The translations under genes and the position numbers were made by a program. Shown here one piece after another: positions 20,886 to 30,179 of a stretch of 64,000 nucleotides of DNA. The notes under the pieces were generated by a model, which worked only from the letters and a program-made list of their open reading frames with translations, searched no databases and had not been told where the DNA came from. Source of the stretch: an uncultured virus (IMG/VR IMGVR_UViG_3300025133_005019) (taxonomy: Duplodnaviria > Heunggongvirae > Uroviricota > Caudoviricetes); the IMG/VR virus record IMGVR_UViG_3300025133_005019, one strand, 5' to 3'. Position 1 is the first letter of the stretch; each line of letters starts with the position of its first letter.

Positions 20886-21615
20886 TAAGATAATGCTATA
20901 TGCAACTACAAGAAGTGGTAGTAATTACCTCCATAGTTGCTTTAATAACTATACTAAGTATACATGGCATAATGTACCATTTGATTTCAGGCAATATACA
21001 GATAATACATTAGCGGAATATAAAGTTATACAACAAGAAAGCAACATACAAACTGAACAATTAAATAATATTATATGGAAAATCCATCCAACAGATATTA
21101 GCGAAAAGAGAATGCTGTGTAACTATCAAAAGGAAATCCATGACATGATCAATATACCTGATTATGTCATAGCATTAACTCGACGAAACTTAATTCAATC
21201 CGCGTTAAGTCAAATGATAGGTAGAACTACTAAAGTATGGAATTATCCATATACATATGAACAAGTCACTATAACTGATATAGTAATGAGAGAAGTATGT
21301 GATAACATCTTGTATTACCATTTATATGAATTTATTAATAATATACACCATGTCTCTGTTAACGAAATAGTATTTTTTGAAGATTTAACATTCAACGAAA
21401 TCACAGACTTAGATAAACTTCAATTAGATATTGATATCGTCGACACAGCAGATAAAATAACAATCAAGAAGACACCCAGCAAATCCGACGTCATCGTTAA
21501 TTACGATGAAGTTTATACTTACATTACTAATTATTTTAAATATATTTCCAATGACTATTTTTTAGTAGAAGATGGGTACCTGGTTGGAATGGACTATTCA
21601 AATCTCGCTAAATAA
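20878..21615 (+). CDS. Sulfotransferase-like protein, tandem copy 4
   Basis: TRSGSNY, WKIHP, TRRNLIQSALS, FFEDL. Confidence 0.65.
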   Translation: MINKIMLYATTRSGSNYLHSCFNNYTKYTWHNVPFDFRQYTDNTLAEYKVIQQESNIQTEQLNNIIWKIHPTDISEKRMLCNYQKEIHDMINIPDYVIALTRRNLIQSALSQMIGRTTKVWNYPYTYEQVTITDIVMREVCDNILYYHLYEFINNIHHVSVNEIVFFEDLTFNEITDLDKLQLDIDIVDTADKITIKKTPSKSDVIVNYDEVYTYITNYFKYISNDYFLVEDGYLVGMDYSNLAK

Positions 21616-21639
21616 TAACATAATGGAGACAATCAATTA

Positions 21640-22101
21640 ATGCCAGTTTTTATAGCACATAGAGGTAATATGCATGGACCAGAACCAGATTATGAAAATA
21701 CATCTGATTATCTCAGAGATGCATATAGTCGCGGCTTTGGTGTAGAATGTGATTTACAAATTTATAATGATGTGTTATACTATGGTCATGATGAACCACA
21801 AGAGACTGTAGACTACGAATTTTTGACTAAACCATATGTGTTTTGTCATGCTAAGACTATAGAAACTATGCAATTATTAGTTACAAGTGGATTTCATTGT
21901 TTTTGGCATGAGTCAGACCAGTTAACATTAACTAGCCGTGGATTTATGTGGTGCCATCCTGGAATATATCCAGATCATAAAAAAGCTATATGGCTTGATC
22001 TAATGGGATATGAAATGCCCGCTCTTAGTGAAAATATTTTTGGAGTCTGTGGTGATGATTATAAATCAGTTCAATGGAATAGTATATTAAACACTGAATA
22101 G
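21640..22101 (+). CDS. Small GDPD/PI-PLC-like phosphodiesterase
   Basis: IAHRGN, EN, GVECD, GHD. Confidence 0.7.
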   Translation: MPVFIAHRGNMHGPEPDYENTSDYLRDAYSRGFGVECDLQIYNDVLYYGHDEPQETVDYEFLTKPYVFCHAKTIETMQLLVTSGFHCFWHESDQLTLTSRGFMWCHPGIYPDHKKAIWLDLMGYEMPALSENIFGVCGDDYKSVQWNSILNTE

Positions 22102-22130
22102 GATAGGATAGGATAGGATAGGATAGGATA
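22098..22130 (+). repeat. (GGATA)6 microsatellite
   Basis: Perfect pentamer tandem filling the gap before ATG 22135. Confidence 0.95.
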
Positions 22131-22134
22131 ATAT

Positions 22135-23646
22135 ATGATACAATGGGGAATAACAGCAAACGCTCATGACGCTGCCATAGCTGTTTTTGATAATAATGAT
22201 CTAAAATTTGCTGCTCACGCTGAGCGTAGTAGTGGTATTAAAAATGACAAGCAGTTGAATAGCACATTAATAAGCCAGGCACTTGAATACGGACAACCAT
22301 CACAAGTACACTGGTATGAAACACTGTGGTTAAAACGGTTGCGTATGCTTTACAGTGGCCAATATAAAACAGCATTTACAAAACCATCAATGCAATCTGC
22401 ATTAGGTGAGATTTTCTTAACAGGAACGCTAGAACCAATTAAATATATTAATCATCGGCATCATGCAAGTCATGCAGCAGCCGGTTATTATACAAGTCCA
22501 TTCCGTGATGCAGCCGTATTAGTGGTTGATAGCATTGGTGAATTTGAAACACTAACTATATGGAATGGCAAAGATAAAAAATTAAAGAAAACATTTTCAC
22601 AAAACTATCCTAACAGTGTTGGATTATGGTATAGTGCAATGACACAGCGAATTGGACTAAAGCCAAATGAAGATGAATATATTTTAATGGGCTGGGCCGC
22701 CATTGGCGATCCGGATAAATACAAGAAACGAATTTTTAATGAATTCTTTTATCCAATGGAACCAGATAGCCCACGCATTCAGTTTAAGCATAACTTGCAT
22801 CGCGGATGTCAGTGGTGGGCTCCAGAACTTAACACAGTACAGGACTATGCTGATATTGCGGCAAGCGTACAAGCAGTATATGAATATGTATTTGAGCATC
22901 TAGTAAAACAAACTGCCAAATTGGTACCAAGTAAAAACATTGTATTGATGGGCGGCTGCGCATTGAATTGTGTAGCTAATAGCATCGCATATAAATATTT
23001 TGAGAATGTTTGGATTATGCCTAATCCAGGCGATGCTGGAAGTAGTGTTGGTTGTGTATTGGATGAAACAAAAGAATTTATTGAATACGCTACACCTTAC
23101 TTAGGATATAATATTACGGGAGATTATCCAGTTCAAGCAGCATTGGACGAGATATCAACAGTTGGTATGGTAGGTATAGCAAATGGTCGAGCAGAATTTG
23201 GACCACGAGCACTGGGTAATAGGAGTTTACTAGCGGACCCAAGAGGACAGGAAATGAAGGACCTTGTTAACACTGTGAAGCGTAGACAGGAGTTCAGACC
23301 CTTCGCTCCAGTAATAATGGCAGAGCATGTGCATGAATATTTCGATATGCCACATGAACGATGTAGCCATAGCCCATACATGCAGTTCGTGGGTCGAACA
23401 AAACGGCCAGATTTATATCCAGCAATAACCCACTTAGATGGGACTAGTCGCATACAGACTGTAACGCAACAAGAGCATCCTGGATTGTATAATCTATTGC
23501 AGAAATGGAAAAATAAAACCGGGTGCCCAATGCTATTAAATACATCCTTAAACATTAAAGGTGAACCAATGGTGGACACTGAAGCAGATGCAGAAAGATG
23601 GACGACAAAATATAAAGTTAAAGTAGTCACAAGGGACCTAAAATGA
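22135..23646 (+). CDS. Carbamoyltransferase, NodU/CmcH family
   Basis: HDAA, HHASHAA, GGCALNCVAN, GDAG, EFGPRALGNRS, FRPFAP, LNTSLN. Confidence 0.93.
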   Translation: MIQWGITANAHDAAIAVFDNNDLKFAAHAERSSGIKNDKQLNSTLISQALEYGQPSQVHWYETLWLKRLRMLYSGQYKTAFTKPSMQSALGEIFLTGTLEPIKYINHRHHASHAAAGYYTSPFRDAAVLVVDSIGEFETLTIWNGKDKKLKKTFSQNYPNSVGLWYSAMTQRIGLKPNEDEYILMGWAAIGDPDKYKKRIFNEFFYPMEPDSPRIQFKHNLHRGCQWWAPELNTVQDYADIAASVQAVYEYVFEHLVKQTAKLVPSKNIVLMGGCALNCVANSIAYKYFENVWIMPNPGDAGSSVGCVLDETKEFIEYATPYLGYNITGDYPVQAALDEISTVGMVGIANGRAEFGPRALGNRSLLADPRGQEMKDLVNTVKRRQEFRPFAPVIMAEHVHEYFDMPHERCSHSPYMQFVGRTKRPDLYPAITHLDGTSRIQTVTQQEHPGLYNLLQKWKNKTGCPMLLNTSLNIKGEPMVDTEADAERWTTKYKVKVVTRDLK

Positions 23647-23876
23647 TAGTATATATAGTTCAAATGGAAGAACAATCTACTCAACTAATACCCAATCATG
23701 AACCACACCGCTATGTACTTGGTGTGTTCGATCATATAAAAGATGCTCGGAAGGCAGGCAAGGCAGAAGAAGTATGGAGAGAAGGCAGATATATCGCAAC
23801 AATGCATGATTATGTATTGGGATATATCAATGAAGAAAAATTGCATTATGCAGAGGAGTACCCAAATAATGTTTAA
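23643..23876 (+). CDS. Hypothetical protein
   Basis: Coupled ORF (ATGA overlap). Confidence 0.55.
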   Translation: MIVYIVQMEEQSTQLIPNHEPHRYVLGVFDHIKDARKAGKAEEVWREGRYIATMHDYVLGYINEEKLHYAEEYPNNV

Positions 23877-23982
23877 CCCTTTCAAATGGTATAAAAAGTG
23901 GAAAGAAAATAAAGAACGTAAAAAAAAGATAGCTGAAAAATTAAAAAAACTAAAAGACCAAGACCCATTTATATATGAATAA
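23869..23982 (+). CDS. Small Lys-rich protein (37 aa)
   Basis: GAGGAG RBS; MFNPFKW...KDQDPFIYE; overlaps both neighbours. Confidence 0.55.
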   Translation: MFNPFKWYKKWKENKERKKKIAEKLKKLKDQDPFIYE

Positions 23983-24202
23983 CATGTCAGAACGATTTAT
24001 TATTGAACAAGTAGTAAATAAAACCTTGCGCAAACCTTATTTTTGTGTTATACTTACTGACTATAGTTACTGGACAACAGGAAATAATCTAGACAAATTG
24101 GATAAGTATTGTATTAATAATAACATTACGCAGCGTAATGGTACGGTCATTGAAAAATTAAATGAAGAGGAAGCGTTTCTCTTTGCATTGAGTTGGCAAT
24201 AA
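23975..24202 (+). CDS. Hypothetical protein
   Basis: Coupled ORF ending EAFLFALSW. Confidence 0.6.
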   Translation: MNNMSERFIIEQVVNKTLRKPYFCVILTDYSYWTTGNNLDKLDKYCINNNITQRNGTVIEKLNEEEAFLFALSWQ

Positions 24203-24203
24203 A

Positions 24204-24884
24204 ATGAATTTAAAAATTTTAAATGAATTAGACCGATTGTTTAAACACAATCCAGGACTATTAAAAAATAAAAATGCGCTATGCCAAGTAATTAATGGAG
24301 TGTTTGGCGTAATATTGCCATCAGTTGAGTCAACTGATATTTATAAATTGTGTGATATAATTGATAATTTAACACTTGCTAATTATTTTAGTAAAGTTTG
24401 GCAACCAGAGACAAAGAAGTACAAGTATAGTGGTCTTGCTATTATTGATGAAGTCAATAGTATGAACCCGGCAGCCGTTATTGATATCGGTTGTGGATAT
24501 AATGAGTTCAAAGGCAAAATACAGAATTTGATAGGTATCGACCCATATAATGATAGAGCAGATGTTAAAGCAAGTGTTTTGACATATAATGCTGAACATC
24601 AATTTGATGTTGCGATTTGTTTGGGCAGTATTAATTTCGGCAGTAGTGACAAAATTATTGCTGAATTGTTAAAAGCGGTAAATATGATCAAGCCAGGCGG
24701 CGTTTTATATTTCCGTGTCAACCCTGGTGTACAACATGATAAACCAGCAGCACGATGGATCAAATTTTATGATTGGGACCCAGTGTTCATTAGTAATGTT
24801 GCTATTATCTTGGGTTGTGAATTAGTTATGCTACGGCAAGATGTCGGAGATCGATATTACTTTGTTCTTAAAAAGCATAAATAG
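24204..24884 (+). CDS. Class I SAM-dependent methyltransferase
   Basis: VIDIGCG, GIDPY, FDVAICLGS, KPGG. Confidence 0.8.
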   Translation: MNLKILNELDRLFKHNPGLLKNKNALCQVINGVFGVILPSVESTDIYKLCDIIDNLTLANYFSKVWQPETKKYKYSGLAIIDEVNSMNPAAVIDIGCGYNEFKGKIQNLIGIDPYNDRADVKASVLTYNAEHQFDVAICLGSINFGSSDKIIAELLKAVNMIKPGGVLYFRVNPGVQHDKPAARWIKFYDWDPVFISNVAIILGCELVMLRQDVGDRYYFVLKKHK

Positions 24885-24945
24885 AAGTAATACATAGACA
24901 CAGAGTTGTGTCCCACCTGACAGGTGACACCCTACGCGGAGTCGC
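24876..24945 (+). promoter_or_regulatory. ATAAATA box followed by a GC-rich structured leader of tctC
   Basis: CATAAATA at 24876, then hairpins GACACA-gagt-TGTGTC, CACCT-gac-AGGTG and GCG-gagt-CGC. Confidence 0.45.
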
Positions 24946-25035
24946 TTTATCCCTTAAACTAATCAAAAAACAAAAAATTACATTAAAAGTTTTTCACTGA
25001 TTAAAAAATCTTAACAAACATAGGAGAAATTTAAG

Positions 25036-26091
25036 ATGATTAAACGTTTTATTTTAGGTGCAGTCGCATCTATGGTTATTGCTTCATCGGCAATGGCTGA
25101 TTATACACTTATTGTGCCACAGGCACCAGGCAAAGGCACTTCGGTTTGGAGTGAAATTATTGCTAAAAACTTAGAAAAGTTCTTAGGTGAACCAGTAGTT
25201 GTTCGTCACATTCCAGGCGCACGTGATATTCCAGGCTTTAACAAGTTCCACAACTCACTACGCTTTGATGATAAGACAATCATGGTAGCACACGGTGGTA
25301 ACGGTGTATCATACCTACTAGACGATGTAGATTACGACTACTTTGATTATGAACTAATTGGTTCAATGAACAACGACATCGTTCTTGGCAAACATGCTGG
25401 TGCTGATGAGAAATCAGGTAACTGGACTATTGCAGGCGGATCAGGTTTTGAACCAGATGCAGCAGCAGTTGCAATGTTGCTATGTGGCCCACAAGGCAAC
25501 AACACTATTGATGAATACCTAGCATGTTGGCGCGAGCGTGTAACTTGGGTCAACGGTGTATCAGGCGGTGAAAAGCGTCTAGGGTTCCAAAATGGTGAAT
25601 TCGATGTAGCACGTGAATCACCAGCGGCGTGGAAACGCTTCTATTCAAGTATCAAAGGCAATGAACTATGGTTCACACACGGTATCTTGGATTTGGTAAA
25701 CAAAAAACAAATGGCAGATCCAAACTTCCCAGGCACCCAGTTCGAAGATTTGTACGAGGAACTATGGGGTGAACGTCCACATGGTGACCTATATAATGCA
25801 TATATGTTGACTCGTAACTGGCGTGATGCAATCCAAAAATCACTTTGGATGAACAAAGGTAATCCAAATGTAGAAAAAGTTCGTGCAGCACTTACTGCAA
25901 TGATTAACGATCCAGTTGCATCTGCAGAAATTTATGCAAAAACTGGCGAGTATCCTTGGATTCAAGATGGCCCAGCACTATTGGCCATCCTAAAATCATT
26001 GATTACAGAGAAAGCCCTCAGGGATGCAGTACGTTGGAACCAAGAAGCATATGGTTTCCCGTCCGTGTATAAACCAGAACTTCTAGATTAA
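25036..26091 (+). CDS. tctC: Tripartite tricarboxylate transporter substrate-binding protein (TctC/Bug-like)
   Basis: Signal peptide ending AMA, 'LIVPQAPGKGT', 'LGEPVVV.HIPGA'; adjacent to tctA. Confidence 0.7.
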   Translation: MIKRFILGAVASMVIASSAMADYTLIVPQAPGKGTSVWSEIIAKNLEKFLGEPVVVRHIPGARDIPGFNKFHNSLRFDDKTIMVAHGGNGVSYLLDDVDYDYFDYELIGSMNNDIVLGKHAGADEKSGNWTIAGGSGFEPDAAAVAMLLCGPQGNNTIDEYLACWRERVTWVNGVSGGEKRLGFQNGEFDVARESPAAWKRFYSSIKGNELWFTHGILDLVNKKQMADPNFPGTQFEDLYEELWGERPHGDLYNAYMLTRNWRDAIQKSLWMNKGNPNVEKVRAALTAMINDPVASAEIYAKTGEYPWIQDGPALLAILKSLITEKALRDAVRWNQEAYGFPSVYKPELLD

Positions 26092-26101
26092 GGCATAGAT
26101 T

Positions 26102-27610
26102 ATGGAATATGTTATCTGGGCATTAATAGGTACCGCATACGGTATGTTGGTAGGCATTATACCAATTGCTGGTGTGACTACCGCCCTGATAACTGTCTTT
26201 AGCATGGGCACTTACTTTATGGCCGACCCCTATTTGGGGTTGGTCTTTCTGACTGCAATTGTAGCAAGTTGTGCCAGCGCAGATAGTTATACTAGTATCT
26301 TAACTGGTATACCGGGAGCAAGTACCACAGCAGCATGTGTTATTGACGGTTATCCTATGGCACAAAAAGGACAAGCAGCTCGCGCAATGGGCATTGCTAT
26401 TGCAGATTCAACATTTAATGGTGTATTATATGCAGTAGTTGCATTTGCATTATTGCCATTTTATGGAAAAATAATCGTGTTGTTTGGTAGACCAGAATTT
26501 TTAGGATTTATGATGATGGCATTGGCCTGTGTAGGCTTTGTCGCAAGTAAAAATGTATTCTTGAGCATTTGTGCAATTATATTTGGATTATTTATTGGAC
26601 TAATTGGTCAAGATGTTGTGGGTAACCCACGTTTTGCATTCGGTTGGGAATATTTAGAAAATGGTGTAGGCATGGTTGTATTACTGTCTGGATTGTTTGG
26701 TATTCCAGAATTGGTTGCAGGCTTCCGCCGCGGCGCAAAATCAGCAGCACCACCAACATCAGAACATTATTGGAGTCAATTATTTCAAGGTTTTAATGAT
26801 GTCAGGCTTAATTGGTTTGACATGGTTAGAGGCGGATTCATTGGCTTTGTTACTGGACTATTACCAGGTGTAGGCGGAGCAGTTGGAGACTTCCTTGCCT
26901 ATGGTGCAACAAAAGCAGCGCATAAAGGAAAAGATCAAGAAGTGCCATTTGGTGAAGGTAATCCAGTTGGACTACTTGGTTGCGAAGGTGCAAATAATGC
27001 ACAAAAAGTTTCAAGTATGATTCCAGCATGTTTGTTTGGTATTCCAGCAGCACCGTTCGCAGCAATGGTAATGGCTATTTGTATGTATTTTGGTATGGAA
27101 ATTGGACAGCCTAGCTTATTGCAAGATAGCGATTTTGTTAATAGTTTAGCATTTGGTTATATTTTTGGTACCATTGGTGTTGCAATGCTTAGTATTTTCT
27201 TATACAAATGGATTATCAAGATACTTGAAGTACCATATTGGATATATGCAACATTCATTATCGCAGTTATTATATATGCCAATATGCAATATACTGGCGG
27301 ATGGGAAGATTTAGCATTGCTAGGGATTCTTAGTGCAATCGGTGTTATATTAAAACATTATAATGTCAGCCGCCCAGCAATTCTTGTTGCATATGTAGTG
27401 GCATTTAAAATAGATGAATACTTTTGGGGTACATTACAATTGTACGGATACAAACAATGGAAACCAGGATTATCATCAATGTCAGATTTTAGATGGTTTG
27501 ATTTGTTTAGTATTACCAATCATCCATTGTTTATATTGGCAATTATTGTCAGTATTGCTATATTTGTTAATAGCTTAGTAAGAAAAGACAGGGGAATTGA
27601 TTATACATAA
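26102..27610 (+). CDS. tctA: Tripartite tricarboxylate transporter permease TctA
   Basis: Polytopic; GIPG, DGYPMAQKGQA, GLLPGVG, EGANNA. Confidence 0.88.
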   Translation: MEYVIWALIGTAYGMLVGIIPIAGVTTALITVFSMGTYFMADPYLGLVFLTAIVASCASADSYTSILTGIPGASTTAACVIDGYPMAQKGQAARAMGIAIADSTFNGVLYAVVAFALLPFYGKIIVLFGRPEFLGFMMMALACVGFVASKNVFLSICAIIFGLFIGLIGQDVVGNPRFAFGWEYLENGVGMVVLLSGLFGIPELVAGFRRGAKSAAPPTSEHYWSQLFQGFNDVRLNWFDMVRGGFIGFVTGLLPGVGGAVGDFLAYGATKAAHKGKDQEVPFGEGNPVGLLGCEGANNAQKVSSMIPACLFGIPAAPFAAMVMAICMYFGMEIGQPSLLQDSDFVNSLAFGYIFGTIGVAMLSIFLYKWIIKILEVPYWIYATFIIAVIIYANMQYTGGWEDLALLGILSAIGVILKHYNVSRPAILVAYVVAFKIDEYFWGTLQLYGYKQWKPGLSSMSDFRWFDLFSITNHPLFILAIIVSIAIFVNSLVRKDRGIDYT

Positions 27611-27657
27611 GAAAACATGATTTTCTAATAAATAGTACTATAAGTAGGAGTATTATT

Positions 27658-27987
27658 ATGGAAGAACTTGTAATTTCAAATGTAGAATCAGCAACCAATT
27701 GGTTGACGCCGTGGGCAGTTATATTATGCAGTGCAGTAGGCGTCATGATTTTCAAAGACTATGCATCTAACATATCAAAAGGAATTTCCTTTTGGCTTAA
27801 GCCAGGATTTAATCCAGGCGACGTAGTATACCTAGATGGTGAAGAAGCTACGATTATTAGTATAGGTATCAGAGAAACAATATTTGAAATTAAACGAGAC
27901 CAATTGACATTGTGGCGATATATATCAAATACACGTGTAGAATACCTAAAATTGGAGAAAATAATAAAAGATGAAAAACAACACTAA
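27658..27987 (+). CDS. Miniature MscS-like membrane protein
   Basis: One TM, then 'SNISKGI...FNPGDVVYLDG...ISIGIRET' MscS beta-domain pattern. Confidence 0.55.
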   Translation: MEELVISNVESATNWLTPWAVILCSAVGVMIFKDYASNISKGISFWLKPGFNPGDVVYLDGEEATIISIGIRETIFEIKRDQLTLWRYISNTRVEYLKLEKIIKDEKQH

Positions 27988-28699
27988 TTGGAAAAAACCG
28001 CATTTACCAGCTGAAGATTATAAAAGCAACTGGGATTGGTGTGTAGATCATAGTGAATACCATTTCACAGATAAGAAGGACGAAGTCGGCGATTGGTTTG
28101 ACATCATTGGTACGTTTGATGGTGACTGGCATGATGACTTAGAAAAATTTAAAAAAGAAAGTACTCCTATAAACTGGGAAACACGACAGTTTTATGCAGG
28201 AAGCGACGATATTTCGCCAATGCTAGAACAGGAAGAATATGATATCATTAAAGGTGGTGGCGATCCTAAAAAATTACAACTATGCAACAAAGTTACAGAC
28301 TTTAGTGATTATCCACAACTAACCAAAATGATTGACTTCCTTGGATTAGAAGGTGGTGATGATGAATTTAAAGCACGTGGCCATATGCAATATACAGGTC
28401 AAATGTTTAACATGCATATTGATAAGTTGTGGGATCAATGCCCTGAAGATCCTGAACGAGTCGCTCGGTTTATTATATTTCTTGATGATTGGCATCCAGG
28501 CCAATTTCTTATGTATGGAAACTTATTTCATGAATGGTCTGCAGGCGAAGTTGTAACTTTTGATTGGCCTAATGTGCCACATGCAACAGCAAATGCAAGT
28601 AATCATCCCCGACCAGCATTAGTTATAACTGGACTAAAGTCAGATAAGACTCGTGAATTATTAGCAAATCCTGGAAAACATAACGTATTTAAAGTATAA
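27971..28699 (+). CDS. 2OG-Fe(II) oxygenase-like protein
   Basis: HxD (MHID), distal PHATAN..R. Confidence 0.55.
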   Translation: MKNNTNWKKPHLPAEDYKSNWDWCVDHSEYHFTDKKDEVGDWFDIIGTFDGDWHDDLEKFKKESTPINWETRQFYAGSDDISPMLEQEEYDIIKGGGDPKKLQLCNKVTDFSDYPQLTKMIDFLGLEGGDDEFKARGHMQYTGQMFNMHIDKLWDQCPEDPERVARFIIFLDDWHPGQFLMYGNLFHEWSAGEVVTFDWPNVPHATANASNHPRPALVITGLKSDKTRELLANPGKHNVFKV

Positions 28700-28728
28700 T
28701 CTAAATTCGAAAATACATGGAGTAACTA

Positions 28729-29364
28729 TTGAAGCCGTTATTGACAATAATGACAGGCCCCCAAGGCGCAGGCAACCATTTGTTTAGTAAAGCATTGGGT
28801 CAAAATCCTAATATATATTGCTGGCCTGCATTGCAAAATGAATATTGGATCGGTCATGATAAAGAACCGTTTGCAAAATATTGGAAAGACACGAAATCCC
28901 TTGGTGAATTTGATTGGACCCAAAGCGACCATTTTGTAACAAGTATTAGTTGTCCGTATTTTGATGACGGTATTGAAAGCATTCCAAAATATCATGGATT
29001 TATAAAAGAAGCCAGCAGATATGCTGATGTACAATTATTAATACTTGGGAGAGATCAAACTATATTAAAGCACCAACAAGAGCGAGTGCGTAGTAAGTCA
29101 ACTATCTCTACTTTCCTTGAAAGTTTGCCATCATTGATAGAGCTATATAAAATTACATTTGCGAGTCAAGAAATGTTATACTTATATGGACTAACATATT
29201 TAAATTATATTGAAGCACAATTAGGTATATACAATTATCAATGTACGCAAGATGATTGCATGCTGCAACAAATATTAGCCAAGGATGCAAATGAAAAATA
29301 TATCTCATCAATCTCTGAAAACTGGTTAGATTCTGACATCATCAAAGCCAGTAGTAAATCATAA
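28729..29364 (+). CDS. P-loop/sulfotransferase-like protein
   Basis: TGPQGAGNH, EPF, LGRD. Confidence 0.45.
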   Translation: MKPLLTIMTGPQGAGNHLFSKALGQNPNIYCWPALQNEYWIGHDKEPFAKYWKDTKSLGEFDWTQSDHFVTSISCPYFDDGIESIPKYHGFIKEASRYADVQLLILGRDQTILKHQQERVRSKSTISTFLESLPSLIELYKITFASQEMLYLYGLTYLNYIEAQLGIYNYQCTQDDCMLQQILAKDANEKYISSISENWLDSDIIKASSKS

Positions 29365-29394
29365 ATACTATTACATGGGAGAGTAATAATTATT

Positions 29395-30075
29395 ATGTTT
29401 GATGGTATGATTAATAATATAAAAACTTTAAAAAATTTATTAACACCACGAAAATTAGTAGATACAAATAAAGAAGATAAAAATAGTCCATTTTATGTTT
29501 TTTTGCATGGAGCAAATCAAACGCACAGGTCTTGGAATTATATAATAACCAAGCTGCAACTTAGTCAAGATCAATTTATATGTATTGAATATGATTCAAA
29601 TTCGACTTTTTACGAAAATTTAGATGGCATGGCTGATGTAATGTGGACTATACCTGACAAATCAGCATTTGTAAGTCATAGTCTAGGCGGGATTTATGCA
29701 TTACATTTATACAATCGCTATCCACAAAAATTTAGCTCTAGCATTACGATATCAACCCCATTTAATGGCAGCGGCACCGCTGATTATTTAAAATATTTGT
29801 CACCACATACATTGCTATTTCGTGAAGTAGGGCGCCGCAGCAAGCCCATCATTGATGCACAAAAAGTTGAAGTTAATATACCATGGACACAGATAGTTTC
29901 AGTCAGTGGGAATTCACCATGGATGCCTAAACCAAATGATGGTATAGTCACAGTTAGATCGCAACAACACAGAGCTGGCGTCAACGACGTTGAAGTCAAC
30001 GCAAACCATTATGAAATATTAGCTAGCGATGAAGTGGTTGGTATCATAAAAGCAAACTCAGTAAGTAATAAATAA
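29395..30075 (+). CDS. Alpha/beta hydrolase
   Basis: FLHG, SHSLGG, NDGIV, NH triad. Confidence 0.85.
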   Translation: MFDGMINNIKTLKNLLTPRKLVDTNKEDKNSPFYVFLHGANQTHRSWNYIITKLQLSQDQFICIEYDSNSTFYENLDGMADVMWTIPDKSAFVSHSLGGIYALHLYNRYPQKFSSSITISTPFNGSGTADYLKYLSPHTLLFREVGRRSKPIIDAQKVEVNIPWTQIVSVSGNSPWMPKPNDGIVTVRSQQHRAGVNDVEVNANHYEILASDEVVGIIKANSVSNK

Positions 30076-30103
30076 CTAATAGTAAATGGTTGGAGATTTA
30101 TTG

Positions 30104-30132
30104 TTGACTTTGAATATATAATAAGTTATAAT
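30104..30132 (+). promoter_or_regulatory. sigma70-type promoter
   Basis: TTGACT-17-TATAAT. Confidence 0.75.
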
Positions 30133-30179
30133 ATAATATAAATATATTATGTAATCAATTATCCGGAGAAAAAATAACA

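Noticed and set aside
23133..23684. 183-aa antisense ORF
   Set aside because: Antisense shadow of the conserved carbamoyltransferase; no RBS or motif
24890..24960. TPP, preQ1 or guanidine-II riboswitch identity for the tctC leader
   Set aside because: Required conserved elements (CUGAGA, ACGR loops, preQ1 stem with A-rich tail) are not present in order
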